Below, in pieces: positions 42,402 through 51,139 of a stretch of 64,000 nt of DNA. Origin of the DNA: a virus; the IMG/VR virus record IMGVR_UViG_3300034066_002191. One strand, written 5' to 3'. The position numbers and the translations under genes were made by a program. Every line of letters starts with the position of its first letter. Positions within the stretch are counted from its first letter, which is position 1. The notes below the pieces were generated by a model. That model was not told the DNA's origin. It searched no databases and saw nothing but the letters and a program-made list of their open reading frames with translations.

Positions 42402-43397
42402 ATGGCATCATACTTTCGCGGAATACCAGATTTCGATTATGTAAGTCGTTTACTAGACGCAAAAATATCAGATTATATTCCAGTAAAAAACCTTTTTAAG
42501 CGTGGAAAACTTCGTGAGGATATTTTTGGAAATCTTCAATACTTCACGAAGTACAAAATCATTGGTGACGAGAGACCAGATAATGTTGCATATAAACTGT
42601 ATGGCGATGAAACTTTAGACTGGGTTATATTACTTTCAAATAATATTTTAAACATTCAAACAGAATGGCCATTAGCACAGTCCACATTTGATAAAATTCT
42701 TTTAGAAAGGTATGAATCTTATGATAATCTTTACAATGGCATACATCATTATGAAACTAAAGAATTGAGAACATCGTCTGGCGCAATTCTGTTAAGAGAA
42801 GGATTGATACTTGACGACTCCTGGAGCAATAATGGAAACTTTATAACAGGGGTCGAAATTAAGATTAACTATATTTTCCATTACTTTGATGAAGATTTGA
42901 CTTATGTTGTTCTAAATGAACCTATAGTAAATTTGAGGTCAGGAGATAAAATAGAAATTTATAATGTAAAAGATACTAGCTTCAATGGAGAATATGAAGT
43001 CATAGAGCTATTAGAAAATATAGGAGGTGAAGTTCGTTCTTTTAGATGTAGAAATTCTACTGCCAAGAGTCAAGATCAGCCAGAATTATCTGGAAATGAA
43101 AAGGTAGGGTATATCCCATATAAAGAAGTTCCCCAAGGAAGTTTATATTATTATCAGTATTATGACTCCAACATAAAAACGACAGTAAATATCCCAGTAT
43201 CACAGATATTAAGTCCAGTCACTAATTATGATTATGAAATCAAAATAGAAGAAGATAAAAGAAATATATTTGTACTAAAACAAAATTATCTGAATGTGAT
43301 ACTGAATGATATAGAAGTGAATTATCCTTATAAAGAAGGTGGACAACAATACATCAATGAAAGATTAAAGCGTGGTGAAAATATAAGATTAATGTAA
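42402..43397 (+). CDS. gp53 baseplate wedge protein
   Basis: YF..IPDFDY...GDERPDNVAYKLYGD..LDWVILLSNNI...IHHYET...VTNYDYE. Confidence 0.9.
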   Translation: MASYFRGIPDFDYVSRLLDAKISDYIPVKNLFKRGKLREDIFGNLQYFTKYKIIGDERPDNVAYKLYGDETLDWVILLSNNILNIQTEWPLAQSTFDKILLERYESYDNLYNGIHHYETKELRTSSGAILLREGLILDDSWSNNGNFITGVEIKINYIFHYFDEDLTYVVLNEPIVNLRSGDKIEIYNVKDTSFNGEYEVIELLENIGGEVRSFRCRNSTAKSQDQPELSGNEKVGYIPYKEVPQGSLYYYQYYDSNIKTTVNIPVSQILSPVTNYDYEIKIEEDKRNIFVLKQNYLNVILNDIEVNYPYKEGGQQYINERLKRGENIRLM

Positions 43398-43398
43398 T

Positions 43399-43420
43399 AA
43401 AAAAGGAGCCATTAGGCTCC
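43399..43420 (-). terminator. Intrinsic terminator between convergent gp53 and gp32
   Basis: GGAGCC-N4-GGCTCC hairpin followed by T6 on the minus strand. Confidence 0.75.
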
Positions 43421-43426
43421 CTTAGT

Positions 43427-44347
43427 TCATTCTGCTAGTTTGCTAAAGTATGATAGTGCATCATCTTCATCTTCGTCTTCTGTGATAGGAGACGACTTAC
43501 TGCGAGAGTAAGATTCTTCTAGTTCTTTCATGATATCGGTTTCTGCCGACTGTACCAAAGATTCTAGTTCATCTTCTTGCTCACGAATAGACTTTGATGA
43601 AGCTGAATTAGTTCCTAGTACATAATCAAGACGCTTCTGTAGCTCTTCTGGGGCTTTGAACTTTTCCCTAGAAATAAGTTCTTGGAGAGAGTGCTCATTC
43701 TTCCAAAGTTCTTCTAGCCTTTCATCGTCTCCACTGAGAAGCGGTGATGGAGATTCAAATACGCTATCATCATAATTTGGATATCCGGCCACTTGCTTTA
43801 CGCGAAGACGGAAGTTAGCACCAGCCCAAAGATCAAAAGGATCGATTGCTGGATCATCTTCGAATTCTGGCTTCATTGAAGCTTTGATTTTATCAAATAC
43901 TTTTGCGCCAAAACGGAAGATTTTGACTTGGCCTTCAAGTGAAGGATCTGCTGGATTGTTTACGATGTAAACATTGGCATAATAACTAAGTTTACGCTTT
44001 CGTGCTCGTGCTACTTCCTTGTCAGAATCTAGACCAGAGTTCCAGAGTTCTCCATTAGAACGACATACACAGCATTCTTCGCCAAGAGTGGTTGGACAGT
44101 TGTCGATGAACCAGCGTCCATTGACTTGGAAACCATGGTTATATAGTTTTACGAACGGAAGGTCTTCATTTGGAGGAGCAGGAAGAAAACGAATTACTGC
44201 GCGACCATTACCTGCCTTATCTGTTTCTAGTTTGAAAAGGTTGGGATTATCTCCAGTATTGTTGGATCCCATTTTTTCTGCTTCTTTGAGAAGCTTTTCG
44301 GTCAGGCTACCAAGTGAAGATTGCTTCTTAAGATCTTTAAAATTCAT
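43427..44347 (-). CDS. gp32 single-stranded DNA-binding protein
   Basis: DKAGNGRAVIRFLP...HGFQ...NCPTT...DPFDLW.GANF; acidic tail. Start set at MNFKDLKK because the promoter lies inside the track's longer ORF. Confidence 0.95.
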   Translation of the reverse strand: MNFKDLKKQSSLGSLTEKLLKEAEKMGSNNTGDNPNLFKLETDKAGNGRAVIRFLPAPPNEDLPFVKLYNHGFQVNGRWFIDNCPTTLGEECCVCRSNGELWNSGLDSDKEVARARKRKLSYYANVYIVNNPADPSLEGQVKIFRFGAKVFDKIKASMKPEFEDDPAIDPFDLWAGANFRLRVKQVAGYPNYDDSVFESPSPLLSGDDERLEELWKNEHSLQELISREKFKAPEELQKRLDYVLGTNSASSKSIREQEDELESLVQSAETDIMKELEESYSRSKSSPITEDEDEDDALSYFSKLAE

Positions 44348-44404
44348 GTTGCGGTTGATACGATGGATACTGGGCGACTTTGGGGTTCCCAAGCCCATGG
44401 TCAT

Positions 44405-44433
44405 ATTATAGCACAGGGTCACTCGTCCTGCAA
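44405..44433 (-). promoter_or_regulatory. sigma70-like promoter for gp32
   Basis: TTGCAG-N17-TATAAT with extended TG. Confidence 0.75.
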
Positions 44434-44751
44434 GTGGTTTTTGGCGTCCTCTATCAAATCAATCATGTTCTTAAATACATCATTGATTTTCATCTCCGAA
44501 GAAAATCCTAAAAACTTCATTGATTCATCCAATCTATTTTTCATTTCGATTGCATTTGAATCGTCCGATAAACTCAATCTAGTATATAATATTCTTTGCT
44601 TTTCAAGCAAATCTTCCAACATTTTTATGTGATTCATTTTTTCTTCTTTGCTCATTTCCTGAAATGAAAGAATACTAGAAGATATCCTTTCTTGTAAAAA
44701 TCCGATTTCCTTTAATTCGGTTCTTACTATATCTGAACTAAAAAATGTCAC
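44419..44751 (-). CDS. DUF1825-like cyanophage protein
   Basis: FFSSDIV..EL...LLEKQRILYTRLSLSDD..A..MK. Confidence 0.75.
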   Translation of the reverse strand: MTFFSSDIVRTELKEIGFLQERISSSILSFQEMSKEEKMNHIKMLEDLLEKQRILYTRLSLSDDSNAIEMKNRLDESMKFLGFSSEMKINDVFKNMIDLIEDAKNHLQDE

Positions 44752-45347
44752 AGCAATACTTTTCTTAAAATGTTCTTGTATTTATCCAAATCAATGGAAA
44801 GAAAAGGCGAATAATTTTTGATTTTTTTAGAAATCAATTCCCAAACCGGATCAAGAAGACCGTCATCAAATTTTTTCCTGTAATTTAACATTTGATCTAG
44901 CACTACCATTGTTTCTAACGATAAATTTCCAGACAAATATGCCTTTAAAATTTTTGGATGCTTGTTATTCTTAATTTCTAGATATTCAAAAAGATGGCCT
45001 TCTTGAAATGTATTCTTCAAGTCGTTTTCAAATACATATGTCAAAGATTGCCTTTTTTTCTTCCATTCAGTATAAGTATCGTTTCCATTTTTAATGATAT
45101 CGCCAATCCAAAGAGATGTGGGATCAGTGGAAGAAACAAAGTTAGAAACAAAAAAATCTACTATTTCTTCGTCTTTTTTCTGTCGTGATAATTTCTCAAA
45201 GAATAACCGATCTTTTCTTTTATTAAATGACTCTATAGATGCCTTTATTTTTCCACAGTATTTAAAATAATCATAAGTATCACTAGTAAAATGATGTTTT
45301 AGGGCAAGATACTGTTTGTAAGTTTCGTGAGGAGTCACTTTGGTCAT
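44748..45347 (-). CDS. gp59 helicase loader
   Basis: YLALKHHFT..YDYFKYCGK...FNKRKDR.FFEKL. Confidence 0.92.
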   Translation of the reverse strand: MTKVTPHETYKQYLALKHHFTSDTYDYFKYCGKIKASIESFNKRKDRLFFEKLSRQKKDEEIVDFFVSNFVSSTDPTSLWIGDIIKNGNDTYTEWKKKRQSLTYVFENDLKNTFQEGHLFEYLEIKNNKHPKILKAYLSGNLSLETMVVLDQMLNYRKKFDDGLLDPVWELISKKIKNYSPFLSIDLDKYKNILRKVLL

Positions 45348-45607
45348 AAAGGAAGTTTAGCTTTAGATGTTTTCTTAAGAAAATTCAATTCGATCGCATC
45401 ACATTTGAGTTTTTCTTTTAGTGGCTTAGAAATTAGCTTTGAAATAGATTCGACATCAATACTGTTAGCTTCACAATATTGGACAATTGCAGTGATATAA
45501 TTATACTCAGGATTTTCTTTTACTAAAGATTCTATTTCTTGGGCAAATTTATCTTGACACAGAAACTTTTTTTGGAACTCTTTTTTCAACTCATCTGATT
45601 GATTCAT
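45344..45607 (-). CDS. gp33 late transcription coactivator
   Basis: YITAIVQYCE.N.ID.ES..KLISKPLKEKLK.DA..LNFLK. Confidence 0.9.
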   Translation of the reverse strand: MNQSDELKKEFQKKFLCQDKFAQEIESLVKENPEYNYITAIVQYCEANSIDVESISKLISKPLKEKLKCDAIELNFLKKTSKAKLPL

Positions 45608-46319
45608 ATTCTTTTAATTTATCGTAGGTGAATTTTTTTACATATTTTACAAGAAGTTTAATATATTTTTCGATGTCAGTTTCAATGTAAGTAACGACTT
45701 CTCCATTTTCACATGACATGATAATTACAAGTTGTTCTACTTCTTTTCCTGTTAACTCTTTAAGCATAAAACAATATGCTGCGGCCTGAACAAAGTAGTT
45801 TTCAATCCACTCTCTAGGTTTTGGTTTTTCAGATGATTTATAATCGATAATACTCAGTTTGCCATCATAATCGGCAATAGTATCTACAGTTCCTGCAATT
45901 TTAAAATAGTCACTATAAAGTGAACGCTCAATTGCAATGATATTGTCAATTTTGTCTAATTCAGATTTTGCGATATCGAAAAGAAACTTCGGTAAAGGAT
46001 CGGCGGAGGGCAAATCTTCATTTAAAATGTAGCTCTCAATTAAAGAGTGCATCGCAGTACCACGAGTTGTTGCTGCTTTTGTAATCTGATTTGCTTTTTC
46101 TTCTCCTACTCTTTTCCGCCAACTGACAAATTTTTCTTTATTATAATGTGATGTTACAGAAGTAACGGAAACAAATTTTTTTAATTCGTTTTCGCTTGGA
46201 ATCTTATAATAACGAATTCCGTCAATTGTTTCCCTTTCTAGTGCTGGAAGATTAATGTCAATATGATTAAACTTTTTTCGATTGATCGAATTCCACTTAT
46301 CAATTAAAGGATTACTCAT
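45591..46319 (-). CDS. PD-(D/E)XK exonuclease
   Basis: SVTSV...WRKRVG...RGTAMH...AGTVD...IIDYKSS...YFVQAAAY. Confidence 0.85.
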   Translation of the reverse strand: MSNPLIDKWNSINRKKFNHIDINLPALERETIDGIRYYKIPSENELKKFVSVTSVTSHYNKEKFVSWRKRVGEEKANQITKAATTRGTAMHSLIESYILNEDLPSADPLPKFLFDIAKSELDKIDNIIAIERSLYSDYFKIAGTVDTIADYDGKLSIIDYKSSEKPKPREWIENYFVQAAAYCFMLKELTGKEVEQLVIIMSCENGEVVTYIETDIEKYIKLLVKYVKKFTYDKLKEYESIR

Positions 46320-46342
46320 TCATTTTTAGAAAACTTTCATCC

Positions 46343-46371
46343 ATTATAGCAGGTTCTTATGGCGTTGTCAA
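46343..46371 (-). promoter_or_regulatory. Consensus sigma70 promoter
   Basis: TTGACA-N17-TATAAT with extended TG. Confidence 0.85.
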
Positions 46372-47129
46372 AGACCAAGTGAGTGTTTAGCTATCAAGTA
46401 TTCTTTCACTAAACCGGACCTAACAACATCATCTATACCAAATTCAACTGTCTCAAAAGATGGCATGATACTTAAAACTCTCATGAAATCATGTATTCCA
46501 TTCTTTTCATTCTGGCGAATCAAATCACTTTGAGACGCATCACCACTAAACATAATTTTACAATTTTCTCCGACCCTAGTGATAATAGAATCGTGTTCGT
46601 GTCCGTTCATGTTTTGGAATTCATCTACTATGATAATACAATTATCAAAAGTAGTGCCTCTTAGAAAACTAGACGACCAAAACTTTATTGTTTCTTGTGC
46701 TTTAAGATTTCCATATAACATCTCAAAATCATCATCAGAAGGAAGTTGGAACATGTATTTTACCATGTTCTTATATGGAATTTCAAATAAGGCACTTTTA
46801 TCTTCGTGTCCTCCAGGAAGAAATCCAATTTCACGAGTTTGAACTAAAGAACGAATAATATAAATTTTTTCATAAGCACTTTTTTCATTTAACACTTCTT
46901 GGAGTGCTTTATATAAAAGAACAAATGTTTTTCCAGTTCCAGCAGCTCCATATGCAACTAAATGTTTTCCTTCATCATAAAAATCAAATAATCTTTTCTG
47001 ATTTTCTGTCAAAGGTTCAATATCTAAAAGAAGTTCGGAATTAATTGGTTTTCTTCTTTTCATTTGCTTGGATGTCATACCAACTCCAATGGGCTGATAG
47101 TCATTTGTAGTCTTTTTCCTTCTTGCCAT
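46368..47129 (-). CDS. phoH: PhoH-family ATPase
   Basis: GAAGTGKT Walker A; REIGFLPG; FLRGTT; DEFQN; GDASQSDL. Confidence 0.95.
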   Translation of the reverse strand: MARRKKTTNDYQPIGVGMTSKQMKRRKPINSELLLDIEPLTENQKRLFDFYDEGKHLVAYGAAGTGKTFVLLYKALQEVLNEKSAYEKIYIIRSLVQTREIGFLPGGHEDKSALFEIPYKNMVKYMFQLPSDDDFEMLYGNLKAQETIKFWSSSFLRGTTFDNCIIIVDEFQNMNGHEHDSIITRVGENCKIMFSGDASQSDLIRQNEKNGIHDFMRVLSIMPSFETVEFGIDDVVRSGLVKEYLIAKHSLGL

Positions 47130-47132
47130 ATA

Positions 47133-47378
47133 TCAGATTTGCATTTGTGATTTACTTCCGCCAGCTTTATTGGCTTTTTTTAGGATTTCTCCCCACCCTG
47201 GATTTTTATTTACAAGGCGATCTTTCCATTCACCAATTTCTCCTGGACTTGCACATCCTTCTGACCAATCTCTTTGCCAATCTGGATTGTCTTTGTACCA
47301 TTGAGTGATGTCATGGACACTCATTTCAACAACTTTTTTCTCGCCCGTTTCTTTATTAACAATCGGATATATTGCCAT
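47133..47378 (-). CDS. Conserved hypothetical protein
   Basis: 81 aa, between thyX and phoH; ATAAATA upstream. Confidence 0.75.
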   Translation of the reverse strand: MAIYPIVNKETGEKKVVEMSVHDITQWYKDNPDWQRDWSEGCASPGEIGEWKDRLVNKNPGWGEILKKANKAGGSKSQMQI

Positions 47379-47407
47379 GAATTATAAATTTCAAGATATA
47401 TTATTTA

Positions 47408-48160
47408 TTATGGACTCAACCGAGCACGATGTAGACGCTTCTCCTCATAATATTTCCAAACATTTGGTGTCCATTCCTGAAGATGGGGAACAAACTGTTC
47501 ACATAGTGCCTGGATTTCTAGTTGAGCGTCCATCTTTGCACGCAGGTCCATAATATGAAGAACAGAGCGTAGGTTAAAAGAAACCACAAAGTTCTGACGA
47601 ATTGCTTGTGCAAGATAATCCCTAATGTGTTCTTCGCACATTCCCTTTTCGTATTTTGTTGCATAACGCTTACAACCTTCTAGAATCCAGTTGAGTTCGT
47701 CTTGATAGTCTTCTTGTGTCCAATCGTACTTTTTGCCATAACGATTGGTATAGAAACCAGGAGGACGAACAAAGAAAACATCTTCTGGTTTGAGTTCACC
47801 GCTTGCTACCTTCAGAACCCGCTTTCCAGTATATCGTTGAGATTGAACATCAAATGTCACACCTACCCTGTGAGTCCTGGCCTGCATGGCAACATTGTGA
47901 ACATAGCCAGACACTGAGAAAGTAATTGCAGGGTGCTCTAGAGGTCCCCAGTGACCTTTCTCGTTACTTAAAAGACGATCTACAACCCATTCCCCACACT
48001 CCTGAGATGTAGGAGTTTTTTGAGAGTGAATTGGCGTTTCAGAATAGTCAGATTTACCAGCTTGATAAACGACTTTTTCTGGTTCAGCGTAACATTGGAG
48101 AACTACTACTTCTAAATTCTTATCAAGTTCAAGTAGATCTTTTGCTTTAATAGGCTTCAT
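47408..48160 (-). CDS. thyX: Flavin-dependent thymidylate synthase
   Basis: GHWGPLEH, RTHRVGVTFDVQSQRY, FNLRS...R...AQLEI. Confidence 0.93.
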   Translation of the reverse strand: MKPIKAKDLLELDKNLEVVVLQCYAEPEKVVYQAGKSDYSETPIHSQKTPTSQECGEWVVDRLLSNEKGHWGPLEHPAITFSVSGYVHNVAMQARTHRVGVTFDVQSQRYTGKRVLKVASGELKPEDVFFVRPPGFYTNRYGKKYDWTQEDYQDELNWILEGCKRYATKYEKGMCEEHIRDYLAQAIRQNFVVSFNLRSVLHIMDLRAKMDAQLEIQALCEQFVPHLQEWTPNVWKYYEEKRLHRARLSP

Positions 48161-48345
48161 ACATCATTCTCCCATGTGTCTTTTTCGATCTTACGAAGTT
48201 TTTTTAATTCCTTCATCATTTCTTTAATTTCTTGATATGCAGTTTCTGGAGAAATTTTGTCACTGATCTCCAAACCAACAACATATTGGACTTTATCTCC
48301 AAACCTTGCAAGTGCTCTTTCAAATGCAGTTAATTCTTCGTACAT
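48157..48345 (-). CDS. Hypothetical protein
   Basis: 62 aa, translationally coupled to thyX. Confidence 0.75.
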   Translation of the reverse strand: MYEELTAFERALARFGDKVQYVVGLEISDKISPETAYQEIKEMMKELKKLRKIEKDTWENDV

Positions 48346-48542
48346 TATCGCTCCTCATAATAATCTGGTTCATAAGTATCTATAAGATCTTCTTTTTGTT
48401 CTACTGAAAAAAGCTCTTCCAATTTTATAGTATACTTATTTTCTTCTTCTTTTTCTTCTTTAATTTCTTTAATTTCGAGCTTAAGAGACTCAATCAAAAG
48501 CTCCATGTTCTTGATGATTAGATTTATTTTTTCTGGATTCAT
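48345..48542 (-). CDS. Hypothetical acidic protein
   Basis: Start moved to MNPEK (48542) because the -10 box lies in the track's extension. Confidence 0.7.
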   Translation of the reverse strand: MNPEKINLIIKNMELLIESLKLEIKEIKEEKEEENKYTIKLEELFSVEQKEDLIDTYEPDYYEER

Positions 48543-48563
48543 GAACTCGTTTCGTGCCCATCT

Positions 48564-48598
48564 ATTATACACAAAAAAAGGAGGACTGTCAATCCCCC
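48564..48598 (-). promoter_or_regulatory. Consensus sigma70 promoter overlapping a terminator hairpin
   Basis: TTGACA(48592-48587)-N17-TATAAT(48569-48564); the same bases form GGGGGA-loop-TCCTCC followed by T7. Confidence 0.8.
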
Positions 48599-48604
48599 AG
48601 AGTC

Positions 48605-48706
48605 TTATGTAATTTGTGGCCGTTTTGCCATATTCAATTGTGCGGCTAATAGAAGTTTTTCTTTTTTTGCTTTTTTCTTAAGATAACGAACAAAATAAGT
48701 ATTCAT
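48605..48706 (-). CDS. Small basic peptide (33 aa)
   Basis: MNTYFVRYLKKKAKKEKLLLAAQLNMAKRPQIT*; starts 1 nt after the DUF4278 stop, with AAGGAG upstream. Confidence 0.55.
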   Translation of the reverse strand: MNTYFVRYLKKKAKKEKLLLAAQLNMAKRPQIT

Positions 48707-48707
48707 T

Positions 48708-48842
48708 TCACTTAAACTCCTTTATGAATTTAACGCCACGATATGCTTCATCGTATTGTTGAGGTTGTTGCTGTTTTTGCTGTTGTGCTTGACGACGCAC
48801 TTCGGTGTCATACTCGACGCCTCTATAAACAACCTTAGACAT
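48708..48842 (-). CDS. DUF4278-like small protein (44 aa)
   Basis: MSKVVYRGVEYD...QQQKQQQPQQ...YRGVKF: two YRGV motifs; AAGGAG Shine-Dalgarno. Confidence 0.8.
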   Translation of the reverse strand: MSKVVYRGVEYDTEVRRQAQQQKQQQPQQYDEAYRGVKFIKEFK

Positions 48843-48872
48843 TAGCTTAGCTCCTTTACTGTGTGTAAATTT

Positions 48873-48922
48873 GCGTTGCTTCTCCTTAAAGGATACTTCC
48901 GCTGGGCATTCCAGTCAACGAT
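48873..48922 (-). ncRNA. Glutamine-I riboswitch (glnA motif)
   Basis: ATCGTTGA-CTGG/CCAG-CGGAAGTA-TCCT/AGGA-GAAGCAACGC: P1 CGTTG/CAACG, three-way junction, E-loop AGUA/GAA; upstream of DUF4278. Confidence 0.88.
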
Positions 48923-48928
48923 AGAAGT

Positions 48929-48975
48929 AATATACTCCTAATTTTTATGTATGTCAAGAGTGTATTTATTGATAC
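48929..48975 (-). promoter_or_regulatory. sigma70 promoter with adjacent NtcA-like box
   Basis: TTGACA(48957-48952)-N17-TATATT(48934-48929); GTA-N8-TAC at 48962-48975. Confidence 0.65.
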
Positions 48976-49023
48976 CATTTTGTATCGGGAATATACAAAA
49001 TAATGTTAAGATTTACAAACAAT

Positions 49024-49350
49024 TTATCTTTTAACAAACTCTAGTTTATATCTCTCTGGATTTAATTGTTCTACTATTACATCACAACCTATTTTCGGAT
49101 TGCAGTCTCCACATGTAAAAATATCTACGGCAGCATCTCCCCTTTCTGGCCATGTATGAATGGAGATATGACTTTCGGAAAGTAAACATAAAATAGTAAC
49201 TCCTTGTGGATCAAACTGCTTAAAAATAGTCTGACATACTGTCGCACCACTTATTATAGCAGCATTTTCCAACAAATCAACAAGAAAATGCACATCATTT
49301 AGATGTGCATAAGTACAACCATAGAGATTTAACAAATAGTGCTTTCCCAT
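49024..49350 (-). CDS. speD: S-adenosylmethionine decarboxylase proenzyme
   Basis: GKHYLLNLYGC...F.PQGVT...LSESHISIHTWPE...AVDIFTCG. Confidence 0.93.
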   Translation of the reverse strand: MGKHYLLNLYGCTYAHLNDVHFLVDLLENAAIISGATVCQTIFKQFDPQGVTILCLLSESHISIHTWPERGDAAVDIFTCGDCNPKIGCDVIVEQLNPERYKLEFVKR

Positions 49351-49538
49351 CAGTCTACTGGATCTTCCTCATATTCTTTTATAAGGTCCGAAACTAAACT
49401 TTCCGTACCATCCATCGTTTTAATTTGGAATAAAGGAGATTTCATATACTTTTTTATTTTCTTGTATTTCTTAATTAAATTTTTTACCTCATCTCTATAG
49501 ATGATTATATTTTCTTTATTGTCAAATCCTGTGCTCAT
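49350..49538 (-). CDS. Hypothetical protein
   Basis: 62 aa, coupled overlaps at both ends. Confidence 0.7.
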   Translation of the reverse strand: MSTGFDNKENIIIYRDEVKNLIKKYKKIKKYMKSPLFQIKTMDGTESLVSDLIKEYEEDPVD

Positions 49539-49843
49539 TTCTTTTTCTTAATATCTTTATTTTTATCGCCCCAAAGTCTAGGGTTAGTTCTACCATATCC
49601 AAAATCTATTTTTTTGACCGATCCTGGACCAAACTTATCATAGTATAAATCAAAAATATCTACTTTTTTTCTTCCTCTACACACATCCACATATGAATTA
49701 CTTTCTACTTCATAGTAGATTAGATATGCGTCATTAGGAACAGAAGTGTCCTTTATTTGATCTATAGTAGCATGTTCATAAATTAATTCACATCCATAAA
49801 CAGAATTTATTTTTTCCTTTTCTTCTTTTGTCCATTCTGTCAT
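49535..49843 (-). CDS. Hypothetical protein
   Basis: Probable start MTEWT; IFDLYYDKFG...GYGRTNPRLWG. Confidence 0.7.
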   Translation of the reverse strand: MTEWTKEEKEKINSVYGCELIYEHATIDQIKDTSVPNDAYLIYYEVESNSYVDVCRGRKKVDIFDLYYDKFGPGSVKKIDFGYGRTNPRLWGDKNKDIKKKK

Positions 49844-49866
49844 TTTCTTTTCTTTCAAAACAGTTT

Positions 49867-50436
49867 TCAAGACCTTCCACCCCATTGAATATCAGGATAT
49901 GCATCCATAACAACTTGATGGTTCATTTTATATTTAGATGTCAGCTGTTTGTCTTTTGTAAGAATTAAAATTTCAGCTTCAAGTGGATGTAATCCCTCAA
50001 GTAGATTGATAAACATAGTTTCTCTACGAATTTTTGATATAGAGTCGTTTCCACCTTTGATAAAATTATAAAAAATACTAGCTTCCTTCCTCAAAGATGT
50101 CCTTTGAGTTGCCATATGAGAATCCAATTTACTTGGATTACTCAATTGTTTTTCGATGCTGCCAGATAAAGTGTCGTTACCAGAAGTTTGTTCTTGGGAA
50201 CTAGAATATGGAACAGGACCCTCTGGTAAAATAGAAATTACACTTTCATCAAAATTCCAAATTAAAATGGAAACAAGAGCATCATTACGATACTCTTGAA
50301 GTATTTCTATTTTCTTTTGATTTGTTCTTTGTTTAGAAACCAGTTCAAGAATCTCATGCTGAAAGGGGTTCGGCTGTAATTGTACAGTTTCAGTCGTTGT
50401 CTTCGTCGCTGTCTTCTTCGTCTTCGTGATAGTCAT
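49867..50436 (-). CDS. Conserved T4-like hypothetical protein
   Basis: LPEGPVPY...F.KGGN...RRETMFINLLEGLHPLEAEIL; start set at MTITK. Confidence 0.75.
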   Translation of the reverse strand: MTITKTKKTATKTTTETVQLQPNPFQHEILELVSKQRTNQKKIEILQEYRNDALVSILIWNFDESVISILPEGPVPYSSSQEQTSGNDTLSGSIEKQLSNPSKLDSHMATQRTSLRKEASIFYNFIKGGNDSISKIRRETMFINLLEGLHPLEAEILILTKDKQLTSKYKMNHQVVMDAYPDIQWGGRS

Positions 50437-50629
50437 TAAAATCTCCTTCAAAGCGTAAAGCAAGTATTTCGTCTGGAATCAAATTTCCATTTTTGTCAAA
50501 AAATTCTGGGTGCATATATGGCAATTTATTATCTGAAATATGTTGGCTCACCACCCAAACTATAAGTCCACCAACAAGGAAGAACAAAATTGTAACAAGG
50601 ATGCTTAATGTTATAGCTACTGCGACCAT
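50390..50629 (-). CDS. Small membrane protein with acidic tail
   Basis: N-terminal TM helix; HPEFFDKNGNLIPDEI. Confidence 0.7.
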   Translation of the reverse strand: MVAVAITLSILVTILFFLVGGLIVWVVSQHISDNKLPYMHPEFFDKNGNLIPDEILALRFEGDFNDYHEDEEDSDEDND

Positions 50630-50640
50630 TGTTCTTTCTC

Positions 50641-50829
50641 CTAAGAATTTCTTTTCTTTATGTGTAATTCTACGCGAAAATGAAATTCTTGTTTAAAAAG
50701 AGAAACCATTTTCGCATAAACAAAACTGAAAAAACTAGGTTCCTCCTTTTTTATCTTATAGTTTCGGAGCATCAGCTCCATACCTCTATTTATTCGTAAC
50801 CTTCTTCCTTCTTCCCGGTCTTTTGTCAT
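50641..50829 (-). CDS. Hypothetical protein
   Basis: 62-aa ORF overlapping the upstream gene; start uncertain. Confidence 0.55.
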   Translation of the reverse strand: MTKDREEGRRLRINRGMELMLRNYKIKKEEPSFFSFVYAKMVSLFKQEFHFRVELHIKKRNS

Positions 50830-51139
50830 ACAAGTATTTTTCAGTATCAGTCAAAATAGAATCAAGATAGTTACGAATTTTTCGAGCAAATGGTTTAGAC
50901 AAATAACCATATGCTTCCCTTAGTTGTTTATGCATTTCATCTTGCCCACCCTCAAGATATACATCTAATTCCTCAACTAAGAATTTTAAATTAATGGCGG
51001 TGGAGCTTTCCAAAAACTGTTTAGCCTCAACACGCTTTGCCTCTTTTCCCTTTAAGTACTGATAAAAATCCATAACAAATTTTTGCTCAAAAAAAGCATA
51101 GTCTATGGCTTTTTCTACATCAAAACAATACTCTTGCAT
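50786..51139 (-). CDS. Hypothetical protein
   Basis: YLEGG...QLREAYG.L.KP.ARKI. Confidence 0.75.
   Translation of the reverse strand: MQEYCFDVEKAIDYAFFEQKFVMDFYQYLKGKEAKRVEAKQFLESSTAINLKFLVEELDVYLEGGQDEMHKQLREAYGYLSKPFARKIRNYLDSILTDTEKYLYDKRPGRRKKVTNK

Noticed and set aside
44348-44422. N-terminal extension of gp32 in the ORF track
   Set aside because: It contains the -10 box and leader hairpin. Similar over-extensions were trimmed for 22933, 48572, 49885, 50463, 59107 and 60075.
45591-46319. Cas4-like nuclease as evidence of a CRISPR system
   Set aside because: No Fe-S cysteine cluster and no array; it sits in the usual phoH-exonuclease-gp33 context.
48978-49000. Second NtcA-like site GTATCGGGAATATAC
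   Set aside because: Spacing is N9, not N8; it reads better as a short inverted repeat downstream of speD.
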